A stretch of DNA of 64,000 bases. Source: Akkermansia sp. (GTDB lineage: Bacteria > Verrucomicrobiota > Verrucomicrobiia > Verrucomicrobiales > Akkermansiaceae). The notes beneath the pieces are model-generated. The model had not been told where the DNA came from and made no database searches. It saw only the letters and a program-made list of their open reading frames with translations. This document shows, one piece after another, positions 38,344-49,998 of this stretch. The number at the start of each line of letters is the position of its first letter. Within the stretch, counting starts at the first letter, position 1. The position numbers were made by a program, and so were the translations under genes. The stretch spans positions 19,959-83,958 of the forward strand of contig JAFZGW010000030.1 in assembly GCA_017555205.1 (NCBI GenBank), written 5' to 3'.

Positions 38344-39276
38344 TTATTGGATGTTCATCTTCTCGTAATAATCCAAATTACGCTTAAGCACACGGCCGGT
38401 ACGACTCTCAGGAGCGGCCTCATAGGCAGCCTTGTATGCCTCAATCATACGGGGAATATCGCGCATGAAGGCATAGGTATCACCCAGAGCACGCAGGGCA
38501 TCCTGACGAACCTCAGGCACCAAATCAGGCTGCGCAAGGAACTTGTTGAGCGCATCTACGTTCTCCTTCAATCTTTCAGGCGTAGGAGCACCACGGAAAC
38601 CGGACAGCATCTCACGCAAAGCTTCCGTTTGTTCTATACGCAGGCGAGTATTGTCACCGTAGCCGCGATAGCCCAACGTATTTTCCGGATCAAGGCTGTT
38701 AATTTCAGCTATGATTTCCTTGTATTTGTCGCGGCAGACATCGGGCAGTGCCTTCAGGGCAGAATCGAGAGCCTGAGCACGCTCAAGACCGCTCTTACCC
38801 TCGGCAGCTGCAAGTGCGGCATTGCGGGCAGCAAGCTTATCCAACCCGGCCTGCACCAAAGGTATATAATCAGCAGGGGTGCGGCGAGTGCCGTTAATCA
38901 CCTCAAAGGGTAAACCATTGCTATCCATCAGCACCACGCCGGGCAAGCCCTCAATCTTGTACGAGGCCAGCAGGGCTTCGCGCTCGCGCTTCACATCATC
39001 AGGAATGGCCGCCACCAATTTGGGATTACGCGGGAAATCCACCGGAACCAGCACAAACTTGTCGCCCAGCGCAGCTTCGAACTCCGGGCTTTCCACAATC
39101 TTTGTGCGCAGGTGAATGCAAGCCGTACACCAATCCGTACCGGTGAAATCCACAAACACCTGGCAATCCTTCTCCTTGGCTGCGGCCAAGGCTTCCTCCA
39201 TCGTTACCACCTCCGGCAACGCCAAGGCTGCTGTAGCCATGAGCGGCAGCAACATCATTTTGTTTATTATGTTCAT
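38344..39276 (-). CDS. Exported thioredoxin-family protein with a helical/TPR-like tail
   Basis: Signal peptide; VDFTGTDWCTAC; VDFPR; GLP. Confidence 0.8.
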   Translation of the reverse strand: MNIINKMMLLPLMATAALALPEVVTMEEALAAAKEKDCQVFVDFTGTDWCTACIHLRTKIVESPEFEAALGDKFVLVPVDFPRNPKLVAAIPDDVKREREALLASYKIEGLPGVVLMDSNGLPFEVINGTRRTPADYIPLVQAGLDKLAARNAALAAAEGKSGLERAQALDSALKALPDVCRDKYKEIIAEINSLDPENTLGYRGYGDNTRLRIEQTEALREMLSGFRGAPTPERLKENVDALNKFLAQPDLVPEVRQDALRALGDTYAFMRDIPRMIEAYKAAYEAAPESRTGRVLKRNLDYYEKMNIQ

Positions 39277-39341
39277 AATCTTTTGGGAGTATGATTAAAT
39301 TTTATCACCACATCTCCGGCGGAGTTGCAACCTCGCTGAGC

Positions 39342-39566
39342 CTAATCGGTCTCCGCTCGGCGCAATGCCTCCGGCAACTTAAACTCGCCACTGAAAGGCG
39401 GCACAAGCCTTCCGTCACGAGCCCGCACCTCGCTGACCAGTATACGAAGCGACTCCAGCACTATAGCCGAGCGGGTCGTATTCATGATAGTTGCCACGGT
39501 ATCCACTCGTTTCATGAGCTCTACAGGACAACGGAAAGCCAGCAACTTCGTTTTCATGATTATCAT
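39342..39566 (-). CDS. Ribbon-helix-helix (CopG-like) regulator
   Basis: LLAFRCPVELMKRVDTVA...TRSAIVLESL pattern. Confidence 0.65.
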   Translation of the reverse strand: MIIMKTKLLAFRCPVELMKRVDTVATIMNTTRSAIVLESLRILVSEVRARDGRLVPPFSGEFKLPEALRRAETD

Positions 39567-39692
39567 TTATCACAAAAACCGCCGCGCTTCAATCAAAAAA
39601 AAATCAAATTTATCGGATTGTAAAAAAAACGCAGTACCCAAACCACACGCGAACGAGATAGAGATATTTCATTTACCTGTTAGCAATTTGTG

Positions 39693-39721
39693 TTGACATT
39701 GGCGCAAGGCTAAGGCAGAAT
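39693..39721 (+). promoter_or_regulatory. Promoter for the DUF805 array-miaA operon
   Basis: TTGACA-17-CAGAAT-8 nt-ATG. Confidence 0.65.
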
Positions 39722-39729
39722 GTTGACAG

Positions 39730-40761
39730 ATGATGGAGAAGCGCTACTATTACCTGAACCCAGCTCGCACAGAACCCCTTGGGCCACATACCATTACCGA
39801 ATTGAGCACAAAAGTACTCAAGGGTGAGCTGTCGACATCGACAGAAGTAGCAGCAGAAGGAGATAAGCGCTGGGTACCGCTGGGGCAACTGCTCACACAG
39901 GTACCCCTCCCACCGGCAGCACTCCCACCTATACCAAACAGCACAGCTGCAAGCCGGGATGAATTACCCCCCGTTCCCGGCTACGAACCAACTCCTACAC
40001 GAACGGCGATACAAACAGATAAACCGGCAGGTCACTGCCCGGCTTGTGCTCAGGAGCTGGTAACCGAGGCCGGCCAGTTACCGCCAAACTGTCCCCACTG
40101 TGGGGAATACCTGCGACCGGAGAAAGACACCATGTGGCAGCACATACGTGCTGCACTCGTGCGCCCTCTTACATGGCGAGGGCGCAGCCCGCGCCGGGAA
40201 TTTTGGGGCAGCTGGCTCTTTAACCTGCTTACTTACATACCTTTTCTTGTCGTAGCGCTCACGGTGATATCAGCTTTCACCTTCCTCACGATAGACAAAA
40301 TACCCGCCAATGAACTGAATTTCGAGCTTGTAGCAGCGGCGCCCAACATGATTTGGGCATGGGTTGCACTGGGGCTGCTGGTGGCGGCAACCGTGTATTT
40401 TTTACTGGTACTGTGGGCAGCAACAGCGCGGCGCCTGCACGATACCGGCAGGAGCGCATGGTGGTTAATTATTTCCATGGTACTAAGCATTGGCTACCAG
40501 GTGGCTTACGTTTACGAATTAATAAACTATCTGAGCAGCATCAACTGGCGACTCCTGTTCGCAATAGAAGACGAATCTTCCCTCAATGCACGGATTGAGG
40601 AAATCAGCAATCAAATCAATTTGATTGGTTACGGTGGTGCATGCGGAGCGCTCTACTTGGTAACCACAATAGTCGGGCTAACCATATTCATATTCCTCGT
40701 AACGGACAGCAAACCGGGACCGAACAAATACGGACCGTGCTGCAAATACCCCCACGCATAA
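39730..40761 (+). CDS. GYF_2 + zinc ribbon + DUF805 membrane protein (1 of 4)
   Basis: YYY...GPH...L..G.L, CPAC..CPHC, GRSPRREFW, RRLHD, GPNKYG. Confidence 0.82.
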   Translation: MMEKRYYYLNPARTEPLGPHTITELSTKVLKGELSTSTEVAAEGDKRWVPLGQLLTQVPLPPAALPPIPNSTAASRDELPPVPGYEPTPTRTAIQTDKPAGHCPACAQELVTEAGQLPPNCPHCGEYLRPEKDTMWQHIRAALVRPLTWRGRSPRREFWGSWLFNLLTYIPFLVVALTVISAFTFLTIDKIPANELNFELVAAAPNMIWAWVALGLLVAATVYFLLVLWAATARRLHDTGRSAWWLIISMVLSIGYQVAYVYELINYLSSINWRLLFAIEDESSLNARIEEISNQINLIGYGGACGALYLVTTIVGLTIFIFLVTDSKPGPNKYGPCCKYPHA

Positions 40762-40779
40762 TCTCTCACCCCTGCTCCA

Positions 40780-41670
40780 ATGAACAGCTATTATTACCTG
40801 AACAAAAACAATGAGCCGCAGGGGCCACACACGCTCGATGAACTGCGAGCCCTGGTGGCAACCGGCAAACTGCGCCCGGAAACGCACGCTGCCTCAAAGG
40901 GTGCCGCAGCTTGGCGCCCCCTGAGCGAGCTGCTGGCCACCCCGCCCATGCCCCAAACGAAGCTGCCCACAGTTCCGGCCGCCGCGCCGCCCACCGCAGT
41001 CGGCGCATGCCCCGGCTGTAAACACGAATTAACCGCACAAGAGAAAAGTCTCCCCGAGCGTTGCCCGGTCTGTGGCTATCGACTTCGCGCCTTCAACATT
41101 CACGACTTGTGGCAAAACTTCATACTTGCCCTGCGCAAATCTTTCGTACTGAAAGGACGAGCACCCCGAATCGAATACTGGAGCTTTGTGCTCTTCAGCA
41201 CCATCATCACCAGCGTGCTGATGACAGTCATGCAAATCGCGGTGGTAGCCCTCCTCCCCGAAGAGAGTCTCGCAGCACTCAACTCACCGGAAATAGCCGA
41301 CATGCCGGAGGAACTCCCCTCATCCGCCGCCATAGCCATGCTGATTATGGGCGTTGTATACTTCCTGATTAATCTGGCAATCATGATACCGCAAATAACC
41401 GTAAGCGTGCGCCGCCTGCACGATGTAGGCCGCAGTGGCAAATGGTTGCTGGTCGCCCTGCTGCCGGCACCAATTGCCTTCACAATTGCAGTCCTGACCG
41501 GGCTCTTTACGCCCGAGAGCACATCTTCGCCACTCATCGGCGGCGGGATTTTATTACTGGCACTTTTGCTGACTTTTGCTGTGAGCATATACCTGTTCAT
41601 TCTCTCCCTGTTTGACAGCCAGCACGGCCCGAACAAATATGGTCCCTCCCCGAAATACCCCATAGGCTGA
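40780..41670 (+). CDS. GYF_2 + zinc ribbon + DUF805 membrane protein (2 of 4)
   Basis: YYYL..GPHTLDEL, CPGC..CPVC, GRAPRIEYW, RRLHDVGRSG, GPNKYG. Confidence 0.85.
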   Translation: MNSYYYLNKNNEPQGPHTLDELRALVATGKLRPETHAASKGAAAWRPLSELLATPPMPQTKLPTVPAAAPPTAVGACPGCKHELTAQEKSLPERCPVCGYRLRAFNIHDLWQNFILALRKSFVLKGRAPRIEYWSFVLFSTIITSVLMTVMQIAVVALLPEESLAALNSPEIADMPEELPSSAAIAMLIMGVVYFLINLAIMIPQITVSVRRLHDVGRSGKWLLVALLPAPIAFTIAVLTGLFTPESTSSPLIGGGILLLALLLTFAVSIYLFILSLFDSQHGPNKYGPSPKYPIG

Positions 41671-41678
41671 TATATACC

Positions 41679-42533
41679 ATGAGCCCCGAAAACACCATTC
41701 CCCCACCCACAACGGTCAAAGTACCGGATCTGAAAGCAACCACCGACAAGGTAGCTGCGCCTGAGAATGCTGCCGAACCGCCGTCCTCAACAGCACACAC
41801 GGTCGCCCCGGAACCCACACTCTGCATAACCGACCCACCCTGCCCCCGCTGCCAATCAGCCCTCTCAGTGGAAGGCGGAAGATTGCCCGAGCTGTGCCCC
41901 GCATGCAACTACATTTTACGAGCTCAACGCCCGCACGCGCTCAATCACAACTTTCGACTGGCCTTTCGCAAAGCCTTCGTATGGAAAGGCCGAGCTACAC
42001 GGCGAGAGTTCTGGGGATTTGCCATCATCATGGGCGCGCTGGGGCTGGTACCGGCACTGGCACTGGACATATTGTGTCGCGGTGCCGTAGCCGAGCTGAT
42101 TAGCGAATATATAGCCCCCATACCGACCATTCCCCCTATGCTGTGGTACATAGTCACCCCCATGCTGGCCGCAGCCATGCTGATATGGGTACTGGCTCTT
42201 CCCCTGCCGCTGATAAGCCTCACCATTCGCCGCCTGCACGATGTAGGCCACAGCATGCGATGGCTCACAGCAGCTCTGGTTTTCTGGGGCGGAGCAGCTA
42301 TAGCCTTCTCCGTCAGCGGCATCTCCATGCTCATTGCACTGCTGACGGGAGCAGATTCCTGCTCTGCCGAAACTCCCACCCTGAACATTGCCTTGGAGTA
42401 CAGCACAATAGCAGCACTGGCACTGGGTGGCATGGCCACTGTATTCAGCCTGGCCATTATTATGTTCAGCCTGATGGACAGCCAGCGCGGCACCAACAAG
42501 TACGGACCTTCCGCTAAATACCCCCTCGAGTAA
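41679..42533 (+). CDS. Zinc ribbon + DUF805 membrane protein (3 of 4)
   Basis: P/T/A-rich N-terminus, CPRC..CPAC, GRATRREFW, RRLHD, GTNKYG. Confidence 0.82.
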   Translation: MSPENTIPPPTTVKVPDLKATTDKVAAPENAAEPPSSTAHTVAPEPTLCITDPPCPRCQSALSVEGGRLPELCPACNYILRAQRPHALNHNFRLAFRKAFVWKGRATRREFWGFAIIMGALGLVPALALDILCRGAVAELISEYIAPIPTIPPMLWYIVTPMLAAAMLIWVLALPLPLISLTIRRLHDVGHSMRWLTAALVFWGGAAIAFSVSGISMLIALLTGADSCSAETPTLNIALEYSTIAALALGGMATVFSLAIIMFSLMDSQRGTNKYGPSAKYPLE

Positions 42534-42564
42534 CCCCCACCTTCAACCACTTTTTATTCCGGAT

Positions 42565-43188
42565 ATGAACGAAGCAACACAAGCCCCCATTGCCGGCCAA
42601 CACCATTACGCCGGCGATTGCCCCTACTGCGGACAAGCCATTATGTCTGAGCGCGGCAAACTGCCCCTGCTGTGCCCCACCTGCAACCACAGCCTGCGCT
42701 CAGCCCAACCGGACAGCCCGCTGCACAACATTCACCGCTGCCTGAAACTCTACTGCGACGTACGCGGGCGTTCCTCGCGCCGTGAGTTCTGGGCCTTCAC
42801 CCTAGCCGCCGCACTGCTACTGTCGATAGAGGCCATTCTCTTTGCAGACTGCTACCGCAACGGAGCACTGGCAACAATCCCGCTTTGGCTGTGGCTTATA
42901 CTGCCGGCACTGTTACTCTGCCCGTTCGCCACATTAACCGTACGCCGACTGCATGATTTAGGCAAAGGTCCGGGGCTACTCATCACCTTCTTGGCGCTCG
43001 GCGCCGCCGGCGGTGCCATAGTCGCCATGCACAGCGCCGGCTACCAGCCTGAGCTTATCACCAAAAACGTAGCCGCATGGGCATGGGCTGCCCTGCGTGC
43101 AGATATCATCGTGGGCAGCATCATCCTCTACCTCGCCACCCAGCACCGACTGCCGGGCCCCAACGAATACGGACCAGCGCCTAAATAA
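42565..43188 (+). CDS. Zinc ribbon + DUF805 membrane protein (4 of 4)
   Basis: CPYC..CPTC, GRSSRREFW, RRLHDLG, GPNEYG. Confidence 0.82.
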   Translation: MNEATQAPIAGQHHYAGDCPYCGQAIMSERGKLPLLCPTCNHSLRSAQPDSPLHNIHRCLKLYCDVRGRSSRREFWAFTLAAALLLSIEAILFADCYRNGALATIPLWLWLILPALLLCPFATLTVRRLHDLGKGPGLLITFLALGAAGGAIVAMHSAGYQPELITKNVAAWAWAALRADIIVGSIILYLATQHRLPGPNEYGPAPK

Positions 43189-43198
43189 CCCCTCAAAC

Positions 43199-44089
43199 GT
43201 GAATCCCATTTTCATATTGGGGCCGACCGGGTGCGGCAAAAGCAAAGTTGCCGTGCAGCTCGCACAGCTTCTCGGCCACGCTGAAATCGTGAGCGCGGAT
43301 GCCTATCAAGTCTACCGCGCCATGCCCGTGCTGACAGCCGCTCCCACCCCGGCCGAAATGGCAGGCATTCCCCACCACCTCATCGGCAATCTGGAAGTCA
43401 GCGAAAACAACGATGCCGCCACCCACGCACGCCGAGCCATGGCAGCCATAGCCGATATTCAGGCGCGCGGTGCCGTCCCCATCATTACAGGCGGCAGCGG
43501 GCTCTATGTAAAATTCATATCCCACGGCATATCCCCGGCACCGCCAAGCGACCCAGCCCTGCGCGCCGAGCTGATGGCACTTCCGACAGCGGAAACCGTG
43601 CGCCGCCTGCAAGAGCTCGACCCCGAGGGCGCAGCCGCCACCAACCTGCAAAACCCGCGTTATGTGGTGCGAAACCTCGAAATCGTAATACTGAGTGGCA
43701 AACCACTCTCTCATTGGAGAAATAACTGGCAACCACGGGCATGCGGGCCGGGGTTCTGCCTCATGCGCGAAGTCCCCGAGCTCGACAAGCGCATTGCCAC
43801 CCGTGCCGAGCAAATGCTTGCACAAGGTGCCATAGACGAAGTCGCCGCCCTACCCGAGCAAATTTCCGCCACGGCAGAAAAAACCCTTGGACTCGCCCTG
43901 ATACGCGACTACCTAGCCGGCAAAATTTCGCGCCCCGACCTCAGTGCCGCCCTTGCACTGGCCACTCGTCAATACGCCAAGCGGCAGCGCACCTGGCTGC
44001 GCAGGGAACCTTGGGCTACCCCCATTCCTTGTAACGACAGCTCCGCAACCGACATTTTCAGCACCCTGCAATCACTCACAATTTCATAG
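43199..44089 (+). CDS. miaA: tRNA dimethylallyltransferase
   Basis: GPTGCGKS, SADAYQVYR, PHHL, GGSGLY, TRQYAKRQRTW; GTG start. Confidence 0.95.
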   Translation: MNPIFILGPTGCGKSKVAVQLAQLLGHAEIVSADAYQVYRAMPVLTAAPTPAEMAGIPHHLIGNLEVSENNDAATHARRAMAAIADIQARGAVPIITGGSGLYVKFISHGISPAPPSDPALRAELMALPTAETVRRLQELDPEGAAATNLQNPRYVVRNLEIVILSGKPLSHWRNNWQPRACGPGFCLMREVPELDKRIATRAEQMLAQGAIDEVAALPEQISATAEKTLGLALIRDYLAGKISRPDLSAALALATRQYAKRQRTWLRREPWATPIPCNDSSATDIFSTLQSLTIS

Positions 44090-44227
44090 CACTGCGAAAA
44101 AATTACTTTTCAGCACAATCACAAAACGCTATCTATCAACCCATTATACTTCGGTGTCAATTTTTCCTTGCCCTAACCCTAATTTTTGGATTGAACTGAC
44201 AAACGAGAGTGGTATAATGACAGTGTT

Positions 44228-46090
44228 ATGAGTACAGATACAACGACAACCGAGCTATCAGCATCGGTCAAGCGCTACGCCCTTTACCTTATGGTAATGG
44301 CAGGTCTTGGCGGTCTTTTGTATGGTATTGACGTAGGCGTTATTGCCGCGGCTCTGCCCTACATTGAAAAGACCTCCTCTTACACCCCCTCGGAAATCTC
44401 CCTCGTGGTTGCGGCCGTGTTGGCAGGTTCCGTGCTCTCCTCCCTGTTTGCCGGCATGCTGGCAGAGTGGCTCGGGCGTCGTAAAGTTATCATCATTTCG
44501 GCTCTGCTCTTCACCTTGAGCATTCCGGTTATCTGCTTCTCCTCCGGCAGCTTCTTCATGCTGATGTTCGGTCGTATTCTGCAGGGCGCCTCTGCCGGTT
44601 TGGTCGGCGTGGTCGTTCCCATGTACCTGGCTGAATGTCTGGATGCCAACTCCCGTGGTAAGGGTACCGGCATGTTCCAGTTCATGCTCACCGTCGGCTT
44701 GGTGTTTGCTGCCGTAATCGGCCTTGTAACCACCGAAATCGTAGGTGCTGCGGACGACATGACCGTATCCGCCGAGAGCAAGCAGATTGCATGGCAGGTT
44801 ATCTTCTGGTGCTCCGCCCTGCCCGGCATCATCCTCTTCATCGGCGCATTCAAACTCAAAGAATCCCCCCGCTGGCTGTACCGCAACAAGCGTGAGGACG
44901 AGGCTCTGCTCGCCCTTGCCGCCAACAACGGCGATGTAGCTGCCCGCGAAATTCTGCAGGAGATGAAGGACGCCGATGAGCGCGAAGCCGCAGAGAAGGC
45001 CGCCATGGCCGAAGCCGCCAAGGGCGACAGCCTGCTGCAGCGCAAGTACGTGATTCCCTTCTGCTTAGCCGTAGTGGTACTGGCCTGCACACAGGCAACC
45101 GGCATCAACTCCGTGCTCAACTATTCCGTGAAGATTTTCCAGCAGGCCGGTCTGCAGGGTTCCTTCGCCAACTGGGCTGACTTGGCCATTAAGGTCATGA
45201 ACATGGTCATGACCATCGTTGCCGTGACTCTGGTTGACAAGAAGGGCCGTACCTTCCTGCTCAAGATGGGCACACTGGGCATCATCGTTGGTCTTGCCGG
45301 CGTAGGCGCCATGTTCCTGACTGTTGAGAACAAGCGTGTGGATGTCACCGACATCGTAAAAGCCGCCGTTGCTGACAACTCCCTCAACCTCTCTACAGTT
45401 GATGCCGTGAAGAGCGCCATCGCCGCTGACCCCACCATCACCCAGAATTACCCTGAGTTCATGCAGGGCGAAAGCGTAGCCCCCGGCATGCAGCTCATCG
45501 TCAACTATACCCAGGGCAACGACAACAAGCAGGATGTCGCCGAGGTCTCCCAAGACCCCAACGCCACGGGTACCGCCATTGATGTGAAGAAGGGCATCGT
45601 AGAAGCAGACCCCAACTTCATGGACAAGTTCAGCGCCCTGTTCGGCACCCCCATTCTCGAGAAAGGCAGCGTAAAAGAAGTTCAGATTACCCGTGCTGAA
45701 ATCGGCATGAAGCCCGGTGCCTTCACCGGTTACATGGTCGCCGGCTTCTTCGTGGTATTCATCGCCTTCTACGCAGCAGGCCCCGGCGTGTGCGTATGGC
45801 TTGCACTCTCCGAGCTCATGCCCAACCGCATCCGCGCCAATGGTATGGCCATTGCCCTGCTCATCAACCAGCTGGTATCCACCACCATCGCAGGTACCTT
45901 CCTGCCCTGGGTAGGCGCCTCCGGCTACTCCTCCGTATTCTTCTGGCTGGCCGGCTTCACGGTGATTTACTTCATCACCGCCTGCATCATGCCCGAAACC
46001 AAGGGTCGCACCCTCGAGGAAATTGAGCAGTACTTCACTACCGGCAAAATGCCCGGTAAGAAGGAAGACGAGGACGAAGCCAAGGCTTAA
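44228..46090 (+). CDS. Sugar porter (SP) family MFS transporter with a large soluble insertion
   Basis: GGLLYGID.GVI, GRRK, ESPRWL, Q.TGIN, VDKKGR, SELMP..R, PETKGRTLEEIE. Confidence 0.92.
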   Translation: MSTDTTTTELSASVKRYALYLMVMAGLGGLLYGIDVGVIAAALPYIEKTSSYTPSEISLVVAAVLAGSVLSSLFAGMLAEWLGRRKVIIISALLFTLSIPVICFSSGSFFMLMFGRILQGASAGLVGVVVPMYLAECLDANSRGKGTGMFQFMLTVGLVFAAVIGLVTTEIVGAADDMTVSAESKQIAWQVIFWCSALPGIILFIGAFKLKESPRWLYRNKREDEALLALAANNGDVAAREILQEMKDADEREAAEKAAMAEAAKGDSLLQRKYVIPFCLAVVVLACTQATGINSVLNYSVKIFQQAGLQGSFANWADLAIKVMNMVMTIVAVTLVDKKGRTFLLKMGTLGIIVGLAGVGAMFLTVENKRVDVTDIVKAAVADNSLNLSTVDAVKSAIAADPTITQNYPEFMQGESVAPGMQLIVNYTQGNDNKQDVAEVSQDPNATGTAIDVKKGIVEADPNFMDKFSALFGTPILEKGSVKEVQITRAEIGMKPGAFTGYMVAGFFVVFIAFYAAGPGVCVWLALSELMPNRIRANGMAIALLINQLVSTTIAGTFLPWVGASGYSSVFFWLAGFTVIYFITACIMPETKGRTLEEIEQYFTTGKMPGKKEDEDEAKA

Positions 46091-46146
46091 GCCCACCTTC
46101 AGATAGTAAAATACACTTTCTCATCTCTCCGGACTTACACTGAAGG

Positions 46147-46180
46147 AACCGCCCCTCACCCGCAAGTGAGGGGCGGTTTT
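46147..46180 (+). terminator. Intrinsic terminator
   Basis: AACCGCCCCTCAC...GTGAGGGGCGGTTTT. Confidence 0.85.
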
Positions 46181-46308
46181 GTATACACTGTTCACAAACG
46201 GTAAAAATCCATGTCATTAACACAATGGCAGCTTGACAGCCAGACAACAAAAAGAGTACAATCATCCTCCTACAGATTTTCATAACTTACACAATCAAGC
46301 AGAATTAT

Positions 46309-49017
<2,709 letters not shown>

Positions 49018-49041
49018 GCCAAGGTTCTTTTACCGCTATTC

Positions 49042-49075
49042 ACACGCCCGCAACTACATGTTGCGGGCGTGTTTT
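49042..49075 (+). terminator. Intrinsic terminator after ppdK
   Basis: ACACGCCCGCAAC-TACAT-GTTGCGGGCGTGT then TTT. Confidence 0.85.
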
Positions 49076-49089
49076 ATTCTACAAATAAA

Positions 49090-49118
49090 TTGACATTGCG
49101 GTCACAGCTTGCTAGAAT
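49090..49118 (+). promoter_or_regulatory. Near-consensus promoter, leaderless
   Basis: TTGACA-17-TAGAAT-6 nt-ATG (49125). Confidence 0.75.
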
Positions 49119-49124
49119 GTGAGC

Positions 49125-49706
49125 ATGGCAAATGACTTTAACAAAGCACTGTGGATTACGGTAGGCGGCCTGCTGGGCACTGCACTGACCTGTTACCTGG
49201 TCAACCGCGTGCAGGATGAGAGAGCGCTCGACCGAGAGTACAACGATATGCTCAACCGAGTGAACGCTCGCACAGCTCACCTGCGCAAGGCTGCTGCACG
49301 CGCCGTGAAAGCTCAGGTGCGAATAACGGTGACTCATGGTTTCGGCGGAGCAGATGAAATCATCCCCATGAGCCCGGCCGAGCTCGATAAACTGCAGTCC
49401 ATCATGCCCCACCTCGAAAGCGCCCCACTCCCCGAGCGCAATGTGTGGAAACGCCGCCGCCACGGGCTGAGCAACCGTGTCAAATCTCCGGCATTCTATC
49501 GCTACTTGGCCAATCTGGAATTTCTGGATGCCGAGGGCGCCCTCCTCGATGAGCTCATGCTTAACCAGCCCATTATTAAAGCCGAAAATGCGGATGTTTA
49601 CCGCCGTACCGGGTGCTCTACCTCGTACATGTTGCCGGCAGCTGTACTCGAGCAGTTTGACTCGCTCCCGGGTATCATTGCGGCCAAGAATTACAAGCCA
49701 AACTAA
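49125..49706 (+). CDS. Hypothetical protein with an N-terminal membrane anchor
   Basis: LWITVGGLLGTALTCYLV; has its own promoter and a terminator at 49731-49766. Confidence 0.65.
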   Translation: MANDFNKALWITVGGLLGTALTCYLVNRVQDERALDREYNDMLNRVNARTAHLRKAAARAVKAQVRITVTHGFGGADEIIPMSPAELDKLQSIMPHLESAPLPERNVWKRRRHGLSNRVKSPAFYRYLANLEFLDAEGALLDELMLNQPIIKAENADVYRRTGCSTSYMLPAAVLEQFDSLPGIIAAKNYKPN

Positions 49707-49998
49707 GCTAAATCCACAACAGAACACTCCACCGACCTCAGTTCAAAACTCAGGTCGGTATTTTTTACCCCACCGCTCTACACACAGAGGTAAACTGAAC
49801 CAAAAATCGCAAAAAAATAACAATGCCTGTGCTGTTAAGGCTATTCATCCGCAAAATTTGCACTTTTAGCGCCCCTGTTTTCCACTTTTGAACCGCATGA
49901 GTGATTTTTCTGCTTTTATTTCCACGATATAACTGGTAGAATGACCGTCAGCAAAAGATGACATCTAACGATGCTCGACCCAAGCATATCGCGTAGAT

